Origin: Armatimonadota bacterium
GTDB lineage: Bacteria > Armatimonadota > HRBIN16
Direction: 5' to 3'
NCBI GenBank assembly: GCA_963677485.1
Contig: OY781964.1
Location: 1,152,001-1,216,000, forward strand
DNA length: 64,000 nucleotides
This document shows, piece after piece, positions 8,915-19,515 of the stretch; the stretch's first letter is position 1; each line of letters begins with the position of its first letter. Made by a program: the position numbers and the translations under genes. The notes beneath the pieces are model-generated. The model searched no databases. It saw only the letters and a list, made by a program, of their open reading frames with translations, and had not been told where the DNA came from.

Positions 8915-10264
8915 TTACAAAGCAGCGAGCACTTGCGTGGCACTCATCGCGGTGGTGAACTTCACGCCAGCCAGCTTGCTGGGGGTCAACGCCTTGCCAA
9001 GCTTGGCATAGAAGGCGTTCTTCGCCTTGCGGTCGGCGAACTGCGCATTGGCCCAAGTGCTGTTGAAGCCCATGCCGTAATAGCGGTTCATGAGGGTATG
9101 GCCCCAGATGAATTCGGCCCCTTCGACAAACTCGGCCACATAAGGGGCCAGTTCCGGTGCGTGGAAGTTATCCACAAAAGGCAGACCAGCCTTGTTCATC
9201 TCGGTGCCCACGATGATCGGCAGATCAAGCGTGCGGGCGGCCTCCATGCAGAGGCGCAGGTTCGCAACCTTGGTGGCCTTCTCTTCGGCCTTTTTGATGT
9301 TCCAGTTGCGGTCGGGGATGATGTTCAATGCCACCACGCCCTTCTTCACGCACAGTGCCAGCAGATCGGGCATGTCGGCCTCACCGGCGTTGGTGCCGTC
9401 CAGATAGGCCATGGTGGGCAATGCGCCGATGGCGTTCATCATCTCAATCGCCTTCTCCACGCTGGGGAAGGTGTCGGGTCCTGGGGCAATGTAGCCCACC
9501 CCACCGAACTTCATCAGCTTACCGCGGATTTTATCATGGAAGCTGGGGGCGTCGAGGATGAGTGCTTTGGCAGCTTCTACATCCATGCCAAGGATGCCCG
9601 CCCAATATTCGGCTTCAGCTTGAGTGTCATCGCCAAACACCTTCTTGGACTTTTGCTCAAAAGCGGCCAGCATATGGCGTTCAGTGGCGTTGCCTGCGGG
9701 GGTGAGGGGTTTCACATCGGCTTCGTAGTCGAGTTGCACTTTGCCCAGGCTGGCGTTGATCAGCTCCAGCATCTGCACATTGCGGCTGCCGGCCATATCG
9801 CGGAAGGCCTGCAGGGTGGCGGCTGCCTCGGTGCCGGCAACGGGAAGCTGGGTCACGCCGGTCATCATGAAGTATGCGATGCCCGGTTCATTCGGCGAGG
9901 TGATCACCTTGTCGGAGTATTCGGAGATCAGCACGCGGGTCTCCATCGCAACATCGGTGCGCAGGTCCAGCAACTCGCAGGCGGCGATGAACTCATCCAT
10001 GCCGTCCAGCACGTCGAAGTCCACGATGCCGGTGGCCATCAGTCCGTATTTTTTTGATTCCCAGGCGATGCGGCTTGGGCTCCATCCCTCGGCGTTGTAA
10101 CTAAAGAAGGTGTGGTAATGCAGGTTCACTTCGGGTTTTTCGGCGGGCAGGGATATCTCACCCGCCTTCGCCAAGGCGAGAAGTTCCGCCAGCGCAGATT
10201 GTCGTTCGGAGAGGTTGAAGGAGTTAAGCTGTTCCTCCAGCTTGGTCACTTTGCAGCAGGCCAT
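8915..10264 (-). CDS. PHP-fold (polymerase/histidinol phosphatase-like) conserved protein
   Basis: 'VNLHYHTFFS' HxH motif, 'GIVDFD' in place of TDHD, 'GTEMN' near the end of the barrel. Confidence 0.6.
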   Translation of the reverse strand: MACCKVTKLEEQLNSFNLSERQSALAELLALAKAGEISLPAEKPEVNLHYHTFFSYNAEGWSPSRIAWESKKYGLMATGIVDFDVLDGMDEFIAACELLDLRTDVAMETRVLISEYSDKVITSPNEPGIAYFMMTGVTQLPVAGTEAAATLQAFRDMAGSRNVQMLELINASLGKVQLDYEADVKPLTPAGNATERHMLAAFEQKSKKVFGDDTQAEAEYWAGILGMDVEAAKALILDAPSFHDKIRGKLMKFGGVGYIAPGPDTFPSVEKAIEMMNAIGALPTMAYLDGTNAGEADMPDLLALCVKKGVVALNIIPDRNWNIKKAEEKATKVANLRLCMEAARTLDLPIIVGTEMNKAGLPFVDNFHAPELAPYVAEFVEGAEFIWGHTLMNRYYGMGFNSTWANAQFADRKAKNAFYAKLGKALTPSKLAGVKFTTAMSATQVLAAL

Positions 10265-10364
10265 CTATATCTGTCTCCTAGTTAGCGTATTCATGCAATT
10301 ACAGGATACTAGCTTCGGTTAGTGGCTTCAAGCGAGCGAGGGGCATTCAGGGGCGGGGTGGATG

Positions 10365-10790
10365 GGGTTCAACGCAATGACGCAAAAGGGCAAAGGACGC
10401 AAAGGCAACCGTATTGCCTATGTCCGGGGCGGTCTGGCGGATGTATAACGGTGGTAGAAGGCTCAAGACCGCGCCGGTCTGGTTGCTTGACGGAAGGCGG
10501 TTGGCCCAGATGCGGAATAACAATCCGCAGATTACACAGATTACACAGATCAGGTAATGACCGCGCCGGCCTCCCTTGCGTCTTTGCGTTTTGTCCCCTC
10601 CGGGCCAATCGCCGCCTGCCAGGAACCAGACCGGCGCGGTCTTGAACCCTCAGAAGCCGCCAACCAACCGCCAGACCGCCCCGGACATAGCCAAACGGGT
10701 TGGGGTGGAGCATCCCATCCGCGTAATCCAAGCAATCTGGTCAATCCGAGGTACAGACAATAAGGCTATCCGCCAGACCGCACCAGTAAT
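10365..10790. repeat. Composite repeat block (family B inverted modules plus microrepeats)
   Basis: CAAGACCGCGCCGGTCTGG (~10464) is inverted relative to CCAGACCGGCGCGGTCTTGAACCC (~10626). TATGTCCGGGGCGGTCTGGCGG is inverted relative to CCGCCAGACCGCCCCGGACATAG. CAGATTACA repeats. Another copy lies at ~35828-35902. Confidence 0.75.
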
Positions 10791-10876
10791 CTACTGCATC
10801 GCGATTGCCAGTCTAATTGCATAACGGCACGGAGTCAAGCTCCCATCCGCTCAAACCCAGCCTCGCCCCAGTCGGC

Positions 10877-12643
10877 TTACAGACCCTCGCGGTCAATGGG
10901 GCGTGAGGCACCGGCCTGGAGTGTGCTGCGGCGGCCCACGATCAGCACCGAGTTCTTGGCCCGCGTGATGCCGGTATACAACACCTCGCGGCTGAGCATC
11001 GCATGGTCATGGGGCACAGAGAGAATCAGCATCACGCAGCCGTATTCGCTGCCCTGACTTTTGTGTACGGTGTGCGCAAAGGCCGGCTCCCAGTGGGCCA
11101 GCGACTCCAGCGGGTAGCTGATGTCGCCATCGGTCTTGCGGAACACCACCTGCCGGTCACCATCAGTACCGCGCATCAACACGCCCACTTCGCCGTTACT
11201 AAGCTCACGCAGAGCGTCATTCTGGGTGACCATCACAGGCATACCAATCGGATAACCGGCGGAACCACCTGATGTATGCTCACGCAGCAGGTTCGTCATC
11301 ACATGGTTGATACCTGCCACTCCGGTAAGCCCGCTGCGGGTCAGGCAGAGCACCCTGCCCGCATTCAACCCTTCGAAGACCGCATCAAGCTGCTGCTGGT
11401 GTACTTCGAGATGGTCGAAATCCAGGTTCTGGCGTAGCTTCTGCAGCATCGGCTGCGGATAGATCATCTCAAACCAGGGATTCAACAGAGCATGAAGCAC
11501 ATCAGGTCGGTGTGGGTCACAGTCCAGCAGCAAACAGCCCTGCTGGCCCATCTGACCGGGTGTGCCCGCAGGCAACAGGCTGTGATCCAACGGCAGTCCC
11601 TGGTTGACGGCGAGTGCGAGCTGTAAGATGCTTCGCACACTGCGGAAGGAGGTGCTGAGGGAAGCGATTGGCCACTCATTCTCTTGAAGCAATGTGGTCA
11701 AAGGAACCCCTGCCTCCACCGAGGGCAACTGGTCACGGTCGCCCAGCATGATCACCCTGCACTCTGACGGTGTCGCCTCCAGCAGGTTTGCCATCAACCG
11801 GATATCCACCATACTCAGTTCATCCAGAACCAGCGTGTCCGCAGCCAGCGGGTTATCTTGGTTGTGTTTGAACCGGCCATATCGGTCTATACGTAAGACA
11901 CTATGTATGGTGTGGGCCTGAAGGCTGCGCAGCCATTCGGCCTCGGATGGGTCACTCAAAAACGAAGCCTGTTGGTGCAGCGACTCGGTCATGCGCTGCG
12001 CAGCACGGCCGGTCGGAGCGACCAGCACCACCCGCCCAGCCTGCCCCGCCGGCTGTAAACAGCGCAGGATGTTGACCACAATAGATGTCTTGCCTGTGCC
12101 TGGTCCACCGCTGATGATACTGAGCTGGTTATCCAACGCGAGACGCAGGGCCTTGTGCTGGTCCTCGCTGAGCTGCTGGTTGTTTCCCGATAGCACCACC
12201 TTGACGGCATCTTCAAGCACGGGCTGATCACTCTGTCTATTGAGATGGTTCAAGCCATCCAGCACCGAGTGTGCTGCATGGACCACCCCTTGGAAGCCGA
12301 TGGTTTCGTCTCCCAGCACCAGCGGGCAGAGGCAGTCGGCATCGCGCGTGAGCAGCTCAGGGTAGAGCTGGTCTAGCTGCTGCCACTGTGATAAGAGTTC
12401 CGGTATACGCACATGCAGGCACTCTGGCAGCCGCCGGTACAAGGTATCTGTGTTGGCGTGCAGACAGATGCTACCGCCCTCAAAACTCTTGAACAAGGCA
12501 ACCAGTATGGGCAACAGCGGTTCGTCAGCCCGGGGCAGGGTGGACGATAGCTCCAACAAATCACAAATCGACTGACGGCTTAATGGGCTTATCCATGCGG
12601 AGTATTCCCTGCTGATATGCATATACAGTGCGTGTTTAGCCAT
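10877..12643 (-). CDS. recD: Exodeoxyribonuclease V alpha subunit
   Basis: 'ISGGPGTGKT', 'APTGRAAQR', 'LDELSMVD', 'GDRDQLPSV', 'TVHKSQGSEY', 'LYTGITRA'. Third gene of recCBD. Confidence 0.93.
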   Translation of the reverse strand: MAKHALYMHISREYSAWISPLSRQSICDLLELSSTLPRADEPLLPILVALFKSFEGGSICLHANTDTLYRRLPECLHVRIPELLSQWQQLDQLYPELLTRDADCLCPLVLGDETIGFQGVVHAAHSVLDGLNHLNRQSDQPVLEDAVKVVLSGNNQQLSEDQHKALRLALDNQLSIISGGPGTGKTSIVVNILRCLQPAGQAGRVVLVAPTGRAAQRMTESLHQQASFLSDPSEAEWLRSLQAHTIHSVLRIDRYGRFKHNQDNPLAADTLVLDELSMVDIRLMANLLEATPSECRVIMLGDRDQLPSVEAGVPLTTLLQENEWPIASLSTSFRSVRSILQLALAVNQGLPLDHSLLPAGTPGQMGQQGCLLLDCDPHRPDVLHALLNPWFEMIYPQPMLQKLRQNLDFDHLEVHQQQLDAVFEGLNAGRVLCLTRSGLTGVAGINHVMTNLLREHTSGGSAGYPIGMPVMVTQNDALRELSNGEVGVLMRGTDGDRQVVFRKTDGDISYPLESLAHWEPAFAHTVHKSQGSEYGCVMLILSVPHDHAMLSREVLYTGITRAKNSVLIVGRRSTLQAGASRPIDREGL

Positions 12644-15600
12644 GCGATACCTGCTGCCTCATATAAGACATATATTGCCTCAGATGAGCTCCAAACTGCT
12701 CAATTTCTGCAGAGCAAAGATCCGTCCTGACGCAGAACCCTTCGTCGCTGCCCACATGCACGCCGCGCAAGAACACATAACAGATGCCGCCAAATCGGCT
12801 CCAGAAGTCCGTCATCCCCCAGGCCTCGTATAACCTCTGAAGGGCCAGTGTGTAGGTGCGGTATTGGCCATGGTATCCGCCATGCTCCATCATCTCGCCG
12901 ATGGCTTCCGCACCGTAGCCTGACGGTGAACTGTTGCTCTTCCAGTCTAGAATGTATATCTTCCCATTTTGTTCGAACACGAGGTCGATGATCCCGAACA
13001 GGTCATCCACCACGCCTCCCTGCTGAGCCATGCACACATGAAACGGCAGTTCGGCCCGTCTTGATGCCATCGGGATATCTCCCAGCGGTGTGCCGGTCAT
13101 CGGACACACGGCATGAAGTGTGTGCCAGATTCTGTCGGCGAACTCCGGCAGCCACGCTGGCTCACCCTCTTCTACCACCAATCCGCTTAACGGAATGGCA
13201 TCAAGCACAAGCTGGCGGAATGCGGCTATCTCATACAACTGCTGAGCATCGGTGCATTGGCGAACCATCTCAAAGTCGATCGCCTGCAACACCGAGTGAA
13301 ACAGAGTTCCGCTCTCAGCTCCTGTGGGTATACCGGCTTCTTCGGACTCATATGATATTTCATCATCCGAGCGGAGACCGCTTAACCCATCGCCTTCGGT
13401 CGATGCGAGCTGCCAGAATGTGTGATCTGGCGGTGGCAACGAGTTTGCGCCTGAAGCTGAAGAAGGATCATTACGGGTCAGCTCAATGGGAAGGCTGGAG
13501 AATGAGTGTATCCAGCTCTGTCTGCTGCGCATATGAGCGGGTGCGGCTCGGAACTCGCGCAGACCGCCCGCTAGTGTCGTGGAGGCGGGCATGAACAGCC
13601 TGCTTCCGTCTGTGTTACGGCTGTAGTCGATCTGCTGCACATGGCTTAGTTCACGGTCCGCAACCATATTAGTCAAACACTTGGCCATGGCGGAGCTACT
13701 CTTCTCATGCATGGGCATATACAACCGGCATCGGGCACGGGTCATGGCCACATACAGCAGCCTCTGCTGCTCCTCCGCAAACTGGATGTCAGCCGCTTTG
13801 ATACCGGCATCATCACGATCACTCTGGCACAGGAACTCCATATGGTCCGCATAACACAACGTGCGGTAGTCGCTGGGGGCATCCTTCTGGCCCAGCAGAA
13901 GGAACACCACACCATACTCCAGCCCCTTCGAGGCGTGCATAGTCACGACCTGTACCTTGGGCTGATCGACCTCTTTACGAAGCTGCCCGGTCTGCTCGTC
14001 AGTTCCTCCGCCGTCCATCAGGCACTGCAGCCGTCGGATCAATGACGCCAGGTCATCATGGTTGTCTACTGCCATCGTGGTCAGCTCTTGACTAAGATGC
14101 AGCCAGTTCGCGGCCCGGCGATCGCCGTCTGATGCTATGATCTCGCGATGCAGCAGCTCCGTTTGATGGCACAGCACTCGGAAGAGGCCATCCCAGCGGC
14201 GGCGTTCTGCCAAGTCACCGGCTTGCTGCATCAGACGTTGCGCATGGCGTACCGCCAGCTGGTCATGCAGCTTCATGGGATGGATGCCAAACACACGGGT
14301 CAGCAGCGCATTCTGCATCAGACCGTGGTCTTCGGGTTCGAGCAGAGCCTTGAGAACCAGCAGCAACTGGGCGGCCTCAGCCGTTTGATAGATATTGCTT
14401 GAACGTCCGTTGCTGTATGGAATACCCGCATCAGCCAGTTTCAAGCCCATGCGGTTCGCCTGGTGATGGCTCTTGCATAGGATACAGATGTCATCCAGCT
14501 TGAGGGGTCGCTGCTCACCCCCGCGGAGGGCGACTGTGGGCGACTGGCCCATCAACCCGATGATCTCCTCCACAATAAACTGCATGTAACTGGTGGCACT
14601 GTGCCTGTCATCAGCACCGGTCTTGACGATCACGATCGGCTTACGGCCCTCCCAACCGGAGCCCAGAACCGTGCCTGGCTCAAGGGGCGCGCTCACCGGC
14701 AGATACTGAAGCCTGCCTGGCTCCGGTTCACCGAAGAGGCGGTTGTCACCGCAGAGCTGGTTGATGGCCTCTATAAACTGCGCTGACGAACGGTAGTTGG
14801 TGTCGAGGCTGGTCACCATGCCCCCGCGTTCACGCAGAGTCTCTTTAGCCGCCAGGTAGGTCTGCACGTTCGCTCCACGGAAGGTGTAGATGGCCTGCTT
14901 GGGATCGCCCACCAGCACCAGGTGCTTCGGGGCAGATGCCTCTTGCAGGAACAGGCTCTTGATGATATGCCACTGCAGGGGATCGGTATCCTGAAACTCG
15001 TCCACCAGTGCCGCCTGATACTGGGATGCGATCTGCTGGCACAGAGTAGGGTTGCCGTGCAGCGCATCTGCGAGGCCTTGCACCATATCGTTGAAGCTGA
15101 CCACACCACGCTCCGCGCGGTTGTTTCGGGCCGCTGAAGCCAAGTCACTGGCTACAGCGGCCATGATGCCGGGGCTGATACGGGTTTTGAATACCGCAGA
15201 AGGACTGAGCTGCCCTTTTAGGTCTCTCAGGTAATCGCGTAACTGAACCACCAACGGAAGCGAGTTCGCCCTCACCCGCCGCCAGATGCTGTTGTAGACA
15301 TCGGTCATGACCCGATCCGATTCGTCTATGGGCTGGTCGTAGATGTGGGCCAGTAACTGCTGAAGGGGCTCGATGACACGTGTTTGCGCATCGAACTCAC
15401 CCTTCCTCACCGCTTTCTCAAACTGCACATTGATATCCAATTCAAGCTCGCTCCAATTGCTGTCCAGGAACTCAAGAAATGGGTGGGTGAGCTGTTCCAG
15501 CCACTGCGGCACTGACAGCGTCAGCAGGCCTAGCAACTCATCGAGGTTGCCGGGCTGCACCAGATCATCGCTCTGCATGGAGCCGGCGATGCGACGGCAG

Positions 15601-16085
15601 GTGGCACCACGACCCCCCACCAGGCTGGCTACGAAACTCAGCATCTCGGCCCGGAGCATCCCCGCAGAGTTGGCGATCGGCATCCATTTGTCGCGGATGA
15701 GCTGCAACAGCAGTTTTTGGGCCCACACAGGGTCATTCTCTATCGCTAGATCGAGGGGCAACAGACACTCGAAGCCATACCGAACCATCGTCATCTGGCA
15801 GAAGCCGTGGAAGGTGGTGATCTGCGCCGTGTCGAAGTTGGCCAATGCCTCTGCAGCCCGCTGGCTCTGCTCAGGGGAATACAGCTCTCCCTGTTCTATG
15901 TCGGTCAGAAATTGCCGCAGCCTGTCCTGCATCTCACTGGCCGCTTTGTTGGTGAAGGTGACCATCAGCAACTGGTGGATGGGCACGCCATGTTTCACAA
16001 CCAAATCGGCCGCCTTACTACAGATGGTGTATGTCTTGCCCGTACCGGCAGAGGCTTCGATCAGCTCAAGTTGGGGTGCAAGCAT
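12636..16085 (-). CDS. recB: Exodeoxyribonuclease V beta subunit
   Basis: 'IEASAGTGKTY', 'LVDEFQDTD', 'VGDPKQAIYTFRGA', 'TMHASKGLEY' and the C-terminal nuclease 'GIIDLVF...ILDWKSN'. ATG 16085 lies just after the recC stop. Confidence 0.93.
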   Translation of the reverse strand: MLAPQLELIEASAGTGKTYTICSKAADLVVKHGVPIHQLLMVTFTNKAASEMQDRLRQFLTDIEQGELYSPEQSQRAAEALANFDTAQITTFHGFCQMTMVRYGFECLLPLDLAIENDPVWAQKLLLQLIRDKWMPIANSAGMLRAEMLSFVASLVGGRGATCRRIAGSMQSDDLVQPGNLDELLGLLTLSVPQWLEQLTHPFLEFLDSNWSELELDINVQFEKAVRKGEFDAQTRVIEPLQQLLAHIYDQPIDESDRVMTDVYNSIWRRVRANSLPLVVQLRDYLRDLKGQLSPSAVFKTRISPGIMAAVASDLASAARNNRAERGVVSFNDMVQGLADALHGNPTLCQQIASQYQAALVDEFQDTDPLQWHIIKSLFLQEASAPKHLVLVGDPKQAIYTFRGANVQTYLAAKETLRERGGMVTSLDTNYRSSAQFIEAINQLCGDNRLFGEPEPGRLQYLPVSAPLEPGTVLGSGWEGRKPIVIVKTGADDRHSATSYMQFIVEEIIGLMGQSPTVALRGGEQRPLKLDDICILCKSHHQANRMGLKLADAGIPYSNGRSSNIYQTAEAAQLLLVLKALLEPEDHGLMQNALLTRVFGIHPMKLHDQLAVRHAQRLMQQAGDLAERRRWDGLFRVLCHQTELLHREIIASDGDRRAANWLHLSQELTTMAVDNHDDLASLIRRLQCLMDGGGTDEQTGQLRKEVDQPKVQVVTMHASKGLEYGVVFLLLGQKDAPSDYRTLCYADHMEFLCQSDRDDAGIKAADIQFAEEQQRLLYVAMTRARCRLYMPMHEKSSSAMAKCLTNMVADRELSHVQQIDYSRNTDGSRLFMPASTTLAGGLREFRAAPAHMRSRQSWIHSFSSLPIELTRNDPSSASGANSLPPPDHTFWQLASTEGDGLSGLRSDDEISYESEEAGIPTGAESGTLFHSVLQAIDFEMVRQCTDAQQLYEIAAFRQLVLDAIPLSGLVVEEGEPAWLPEFADRIWHTLHAVCPMTGTPLGDIPMASRRAELPFHVCMAQQGGVVDDLFGIIDLVFEQNGKIYILDWKSNSSPSGYGAEAIGEMMEHGGYHGQYRTYTLALQRLYEAWGMTDFWSRFGGICYVFLRGVHVGSDEGFCVRTDLCSAEIEQFGAHLRQYMSYMRQQVSHG

Positions 16086-16086
16086 C

Positions 16087-19000
16087 TCAGTGATCGTCCT
16101 CCTGGCTCTTCTGAGGGACAACGAACGGGGCGAACCGCTGATATAGCGCAGACCTCAACAGCTCATCAGATTCGGGTTGTGTGATGCCCTCAACCCAGCT
16201 CAGTGGGTCGACAGAATCGCCGTATTCAGCATCCAGCTCCTCTGCGATCTCCTGCATACCGGTCTCTATCCCTGTCTTCAGTATCAACGGGTAAGGGAGA
16301 TGCCACAGACTGCCGGCCAAGGTGCTGTTCACCAGCAACGCAAGATAGTCATCCTCAAACGAGATGGTAAACTGCTCGGAACGAGGTTCGCCGCTCCAGC
16401 AGACCCACACGCTAACTTCAAGCGGTGTGATCTGGTGCTGGAGCTTGTATACCAGCAAAGCCAACGCAGGTTGCACTATGGCGAAGGGATGCAGTTTCCC
16501 GCTGTTCTTTTTCCCCTGAGCCATCTTGACGGCCACCAAATCGCCCTGCTCATTGCACACGCACAGAGGCCAGTCGGCTGTGACCGTGATGCCCTCGACA
16601 TCGATCAGCGCTTGCACAGGACACAAATCCCCCAACGGCATCTGTGCTGCTAGCTCCTCTGATTTCTGTTGGATTGAGGCGATCAACACCGGCTCCATGG
16701 GGGCCACTGGCAGCAAGCCGCGATGCGAGCCCGCATGGTATAACTCTGCCGTGATGGCACGGACCGGCCGACCAGTTTGTTTGTTCAGCAGCACGGCTTG
16801 GGTGACCATACGGCTGATCTGCTGAGCCGTCAACTCCAATGGCTCGGTATCGGCCGTATCCTCCGGCGCGGACTCCCAGATACGGCCAGCCAGCCGTTCA
16901 AGTGTTGAGGTAATCGGATCATACAGGAACGAACTCAGTTGCCTCACGCTGAGTTCACGTGGAGCTTCTGGCAAGCTTAGCGGGGCCTCTTCACGGCTTT
17001 CGATGTCTACCATCTTATCGAGAGCCGTGGTGGCTTGAGCTGCCAACTCCGGGCTGGCCAACTCGCTGTGACTAAGCTGCTTGAGCGCGATGAGCCAGTC
17101 CGACAGGCTGTAGTTCGGCCACACAGGCAGCTTCCCATCTGGAGCTACCAGCAGATGCTCTATACTGTAGGGCATTAAGGGCACGTGCCGCGTGACAGTG
17201 CTGACATCGGGTATACCGAGATACTCCAGCAACTGCCGAAGCTGGTTACTGAGGTAGCCAGGCGTATCGGTGACAGGATCCAGCTCCTGGTAGCTCAGTG
17301 TGATGCTGTCACTGGCACTGAGCAGTGCCGTGAGAAGCGACTGCCGGGCGATGTCCTCCGCCTGGCCACCGGTATCTGTGCGGATATCGAGGCTTGACGC
17401 ACGCACCCGCAGCGGGAAGCGGCCTTCATTCAGCCCGCAGACGATGACATGGCGGAACGGAACCCCGCCAAGCTGGTTCAAGGTGCCCACATTCACACCG
17501 CCCAACACAGGCACCCCGATATGCCAACTGTCAGGACGGATACACCCGGTCAACAGTTGCTTGAATTCGGCAGCAGGCAGTACCTGCGTGGAGATCATCT
17601 CCTCGCCGTCGGCCATCTGACGCAACGTCTGCTGCATCTGCATATGACCGCGCCGGTCGGGGGCATCATCAGGCTGCGGCTCTATCAACAAAGGCAGCAG
17701 CCTGGCCAAAGCCTCCGCCCAGGCCCCTGCGGCCCGTTCGGCTCCACTCAGCAGCTCACTGAGCTCATTCATGCGCTCCAGGCAAATCCCTAAGCTCTCC
17801 AGTTCCTGCGCACTCGTGCGGAAGGTGGCCTCTGGGATGCGGTGCTGCCAGTGGTCAGCCTGTTGTTCGTTTGGTATCTGCAGGAGCCGTCCTAGCCGGT
17901 ACCGCTGCATCATCTGCTTGAAGCTGAAAGGCTGCTCCTCGATGCCAGCATAGGCGGTCTCAAGCTGATCGTAGCCGCGCCAGGCTCCCGAATTGGCCAT
18001 CAGCTCCTGCCAGTTATCCACCACACTGTGTGTGATACCCTGCGCCTGCATGAAACAAGGGTTACGCATGACGGCCAGCAGTTGGCTCCGGGTGAAGTTG
18101 TCAGAGCTTAAGGCTAGTAAGGCCTGCAGAGCCTGAATATACAGGCTGTCACCAGCCCTCACACCCAAAACGCAATACGGCAAGCTGGCCTGGTGCTTAT
18201 CGAATGCCGCACACAGCAAACTCTTGACCTCGGAGACGTCTGAACACAATACCGCGATCTGCTGAGGCAACAGGCTTGGGTCATCCTCCAGCATCTGCAG
18301 GATACGGTTGGCCACCGCATCGTATTCGCGGTCAGTGCCTTTGGCTGCCAAGACCGACAGGTGGCCGGACTGCAGCATCTTCTGGAGTGATGCCAGGGTC
18401 TGGCTCGAATCCGGAGCCATCTGTGGCCCGCTCCAACCCACGGATTGCAGAAACTGCTGGGTGGGACGGTCCCAGGATGCGAGTTCGTCAGGGCAGACTC
18501 TCAACGGATGGTGCAGCAGAAGCTCCACATTCATGACTTGGGCGGCCCAGTTCAACATCTGCCACTGACCATCTAGTACCGAGGGAAACCCGAACAACAC
18601 CGTCAATCCCGGCTCTGCTGGTGCCTGAGGAACGGATTGGCAGATCTGCGTAAAGGCGTGTGCAAGGCTGCATGGCGAACCACCGCAACTGTGCAGGTAG
18701 AGTTCGCGTTCCGCCTGAGCCAGCGGCGTTTCAGGCCAATCCGCCAGTAGACTGGGGTTTCGCTGTTCGTAGTCTTGAAACAGCAGCAACAATGATTGTG
18801 CCAAGCCAACCTTCTTGCTGGTGGCGCCATTTTGATTCGGGCTGTTTTGCAGGTAATTCTGAATGGGAGCCATCACCGACTGGGACATGAATGTGTCATC
18901 TGACAGCAAGCTGACCAAGCGCATGAGCCACTGTTGAAACTTGATGGCTGGGGGCAAGGCGATTGGCGATACCTCGCGAAACATGTCCCACAAACCGTCT

Positions 19001-19203
19001 TCCATCAAATGACACGGGATATCAAGCGTAGCTCCATAGGTCTGCACGATGTGGTAATTCACCCAGCGGTTAATCGGCTGAGACAATGTGATGAGACGTG
19101 GCTGTACACCGAACAGTTGGGCTTTTTGCTGCTGAAGAAAGAACCTGTGCAAGTGGTCGGACATCTCATCGTGTGTCTCGTACGTGTGTATGATCAGTGC
19201 CAA
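16087..19203 (-). CDS. recC: Exodeoxyribonuclease V gamma subunit (divergent)
   Basis: Position upstream of recB. 'VPFRHVIVCGLNEGRFP', 'LLTALLSASDSITLSY', 'LSSFLYDP'. Confidence 0.85.
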   Translation of the reverse strand: MALIIHTYETHDEMSDHLHRFFLQQQKAQLFGVQPRLITLSQPINRWVNYHIVQTYGATLDIPCHLMEDGLWDMFREVSPIALPPAIKFQQWLMRLVSLLSDDTFMSQSVMAPIQNYLQNSPNQNGATSKKVGLAQSLLLLFQDYEQRNPSLLADWPETPLAQAERELYLHSCGGSPCSLAHAFTQICQSVPQAPAEPGLTVLFGFPSVLDGQWQMLNWAAQVMNVELLLHHPLRVCPDELASWDRPTQQFLQSVGWSGPQMAPDSSQTLASLQKMLQSGHLSVLAAKGTDREYDAVANRILQMLEDDPSLLPQQIAVLCSDVSEVKSLLCAAFDKHQASLPYCVLGVRAGDSLYIQALQALLALSSDNFTRSQLLAVMRNPCFMQAQGITHSVVDNWQELMANSGAWRGYDQLETAYAGIEEQPFSFKQMMQRYRLGRLLQIPNEQQADHWQHRIPEATFRTSAQELESLGICLERMNELSELLSGAERAAGAWAEALARLLPLLIEPQPDDAPDRRGHMQMQQTLRQMADGEEMISTQVLPAAEFKQLLTGCIRPDSWHIGVPVLGGVNVGTLNQLGGVPFRHVIVCGLNEGRFPLRVRASSLDIRTDTGGQAEDIARQSLLTALLSASDSITLSYQELDPVTDTPGYLSNQLRQLLEYLGIPDVSTVTRHVPLMPYSIEHLLVAPDGKLPVWPNYSLSDWLIALKQLSHSELASPELAAQATTALDKMVDIESREEAPLSLPEAPRELSVRQLSSFLYDPITSTLERLAGRIWESAPEDTADTEPLELTAQQISRMVTQAVLLNKQTGRPVRAITAELYHAGSHRGLLPVAPMEPVLIASIQQKSEELAAQMPLGDLCPVQALIDVEGITVTADWPLCVCNEQGDLVAVKMAQGKKNSGKLHPFAIVQPALALLVYKLQHQITPLEVSVWVCWSGEPRSEQFTISFEDDYLALLVNSTLAGSLWHLPYPLILKTGIETGMQEIAEELDAEYGDSVDPLSWVEGITQPESDELLRSALYQRFAPFVVPQKSQEDDH

Positions 19204-19515
19204 CCGACTCTCCTATTCAAATGCGCCTTATATTAGAATGATACACCGGAATCAGGCTGGTACAGACATGATGACGAAGGTTTATTCCGGTCCACCAAGA
19301 CGCCGGATTTGAGGGTCGGTTCAGATGATACCGTAAACTGATGCATTTATGATATTATCGATAATCTGGCTAAATTTGGAGGAATTAGGTGCAATAACGT
19401 CCAGCAATAAAGTAAAATCACAAGAATAGTGGCCATAATGTCGAATTTCACTTGAATATGCGAAAATAAACAGATATTGTATACACGAAACACTATTCCT
19501 TAGGAGTGACCGTTT

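Noticed and set aside
8933-10057. Long antisense ORFs in the track (also 2663-3535, 25357-26604, 34374-35294, 48868-49896 and others)
   Set aside because: Shadow frames opposite well-supported genes in GC-rich DNA, with no recognisable motifs.
10322-10824. Cluster of small overlapping ORFs (also 23754-24092, 38561-38970, 54908-55312)
   Set aside because: They are translations of repeat elements, not credible proteins.
18817-18824. E. coli-type Chi site GCTGGTGG near recC
   Set aside because: Expected by chance in GC-rich coding DNA (Leu-Val codons). Enrichment cannot be assessed here.
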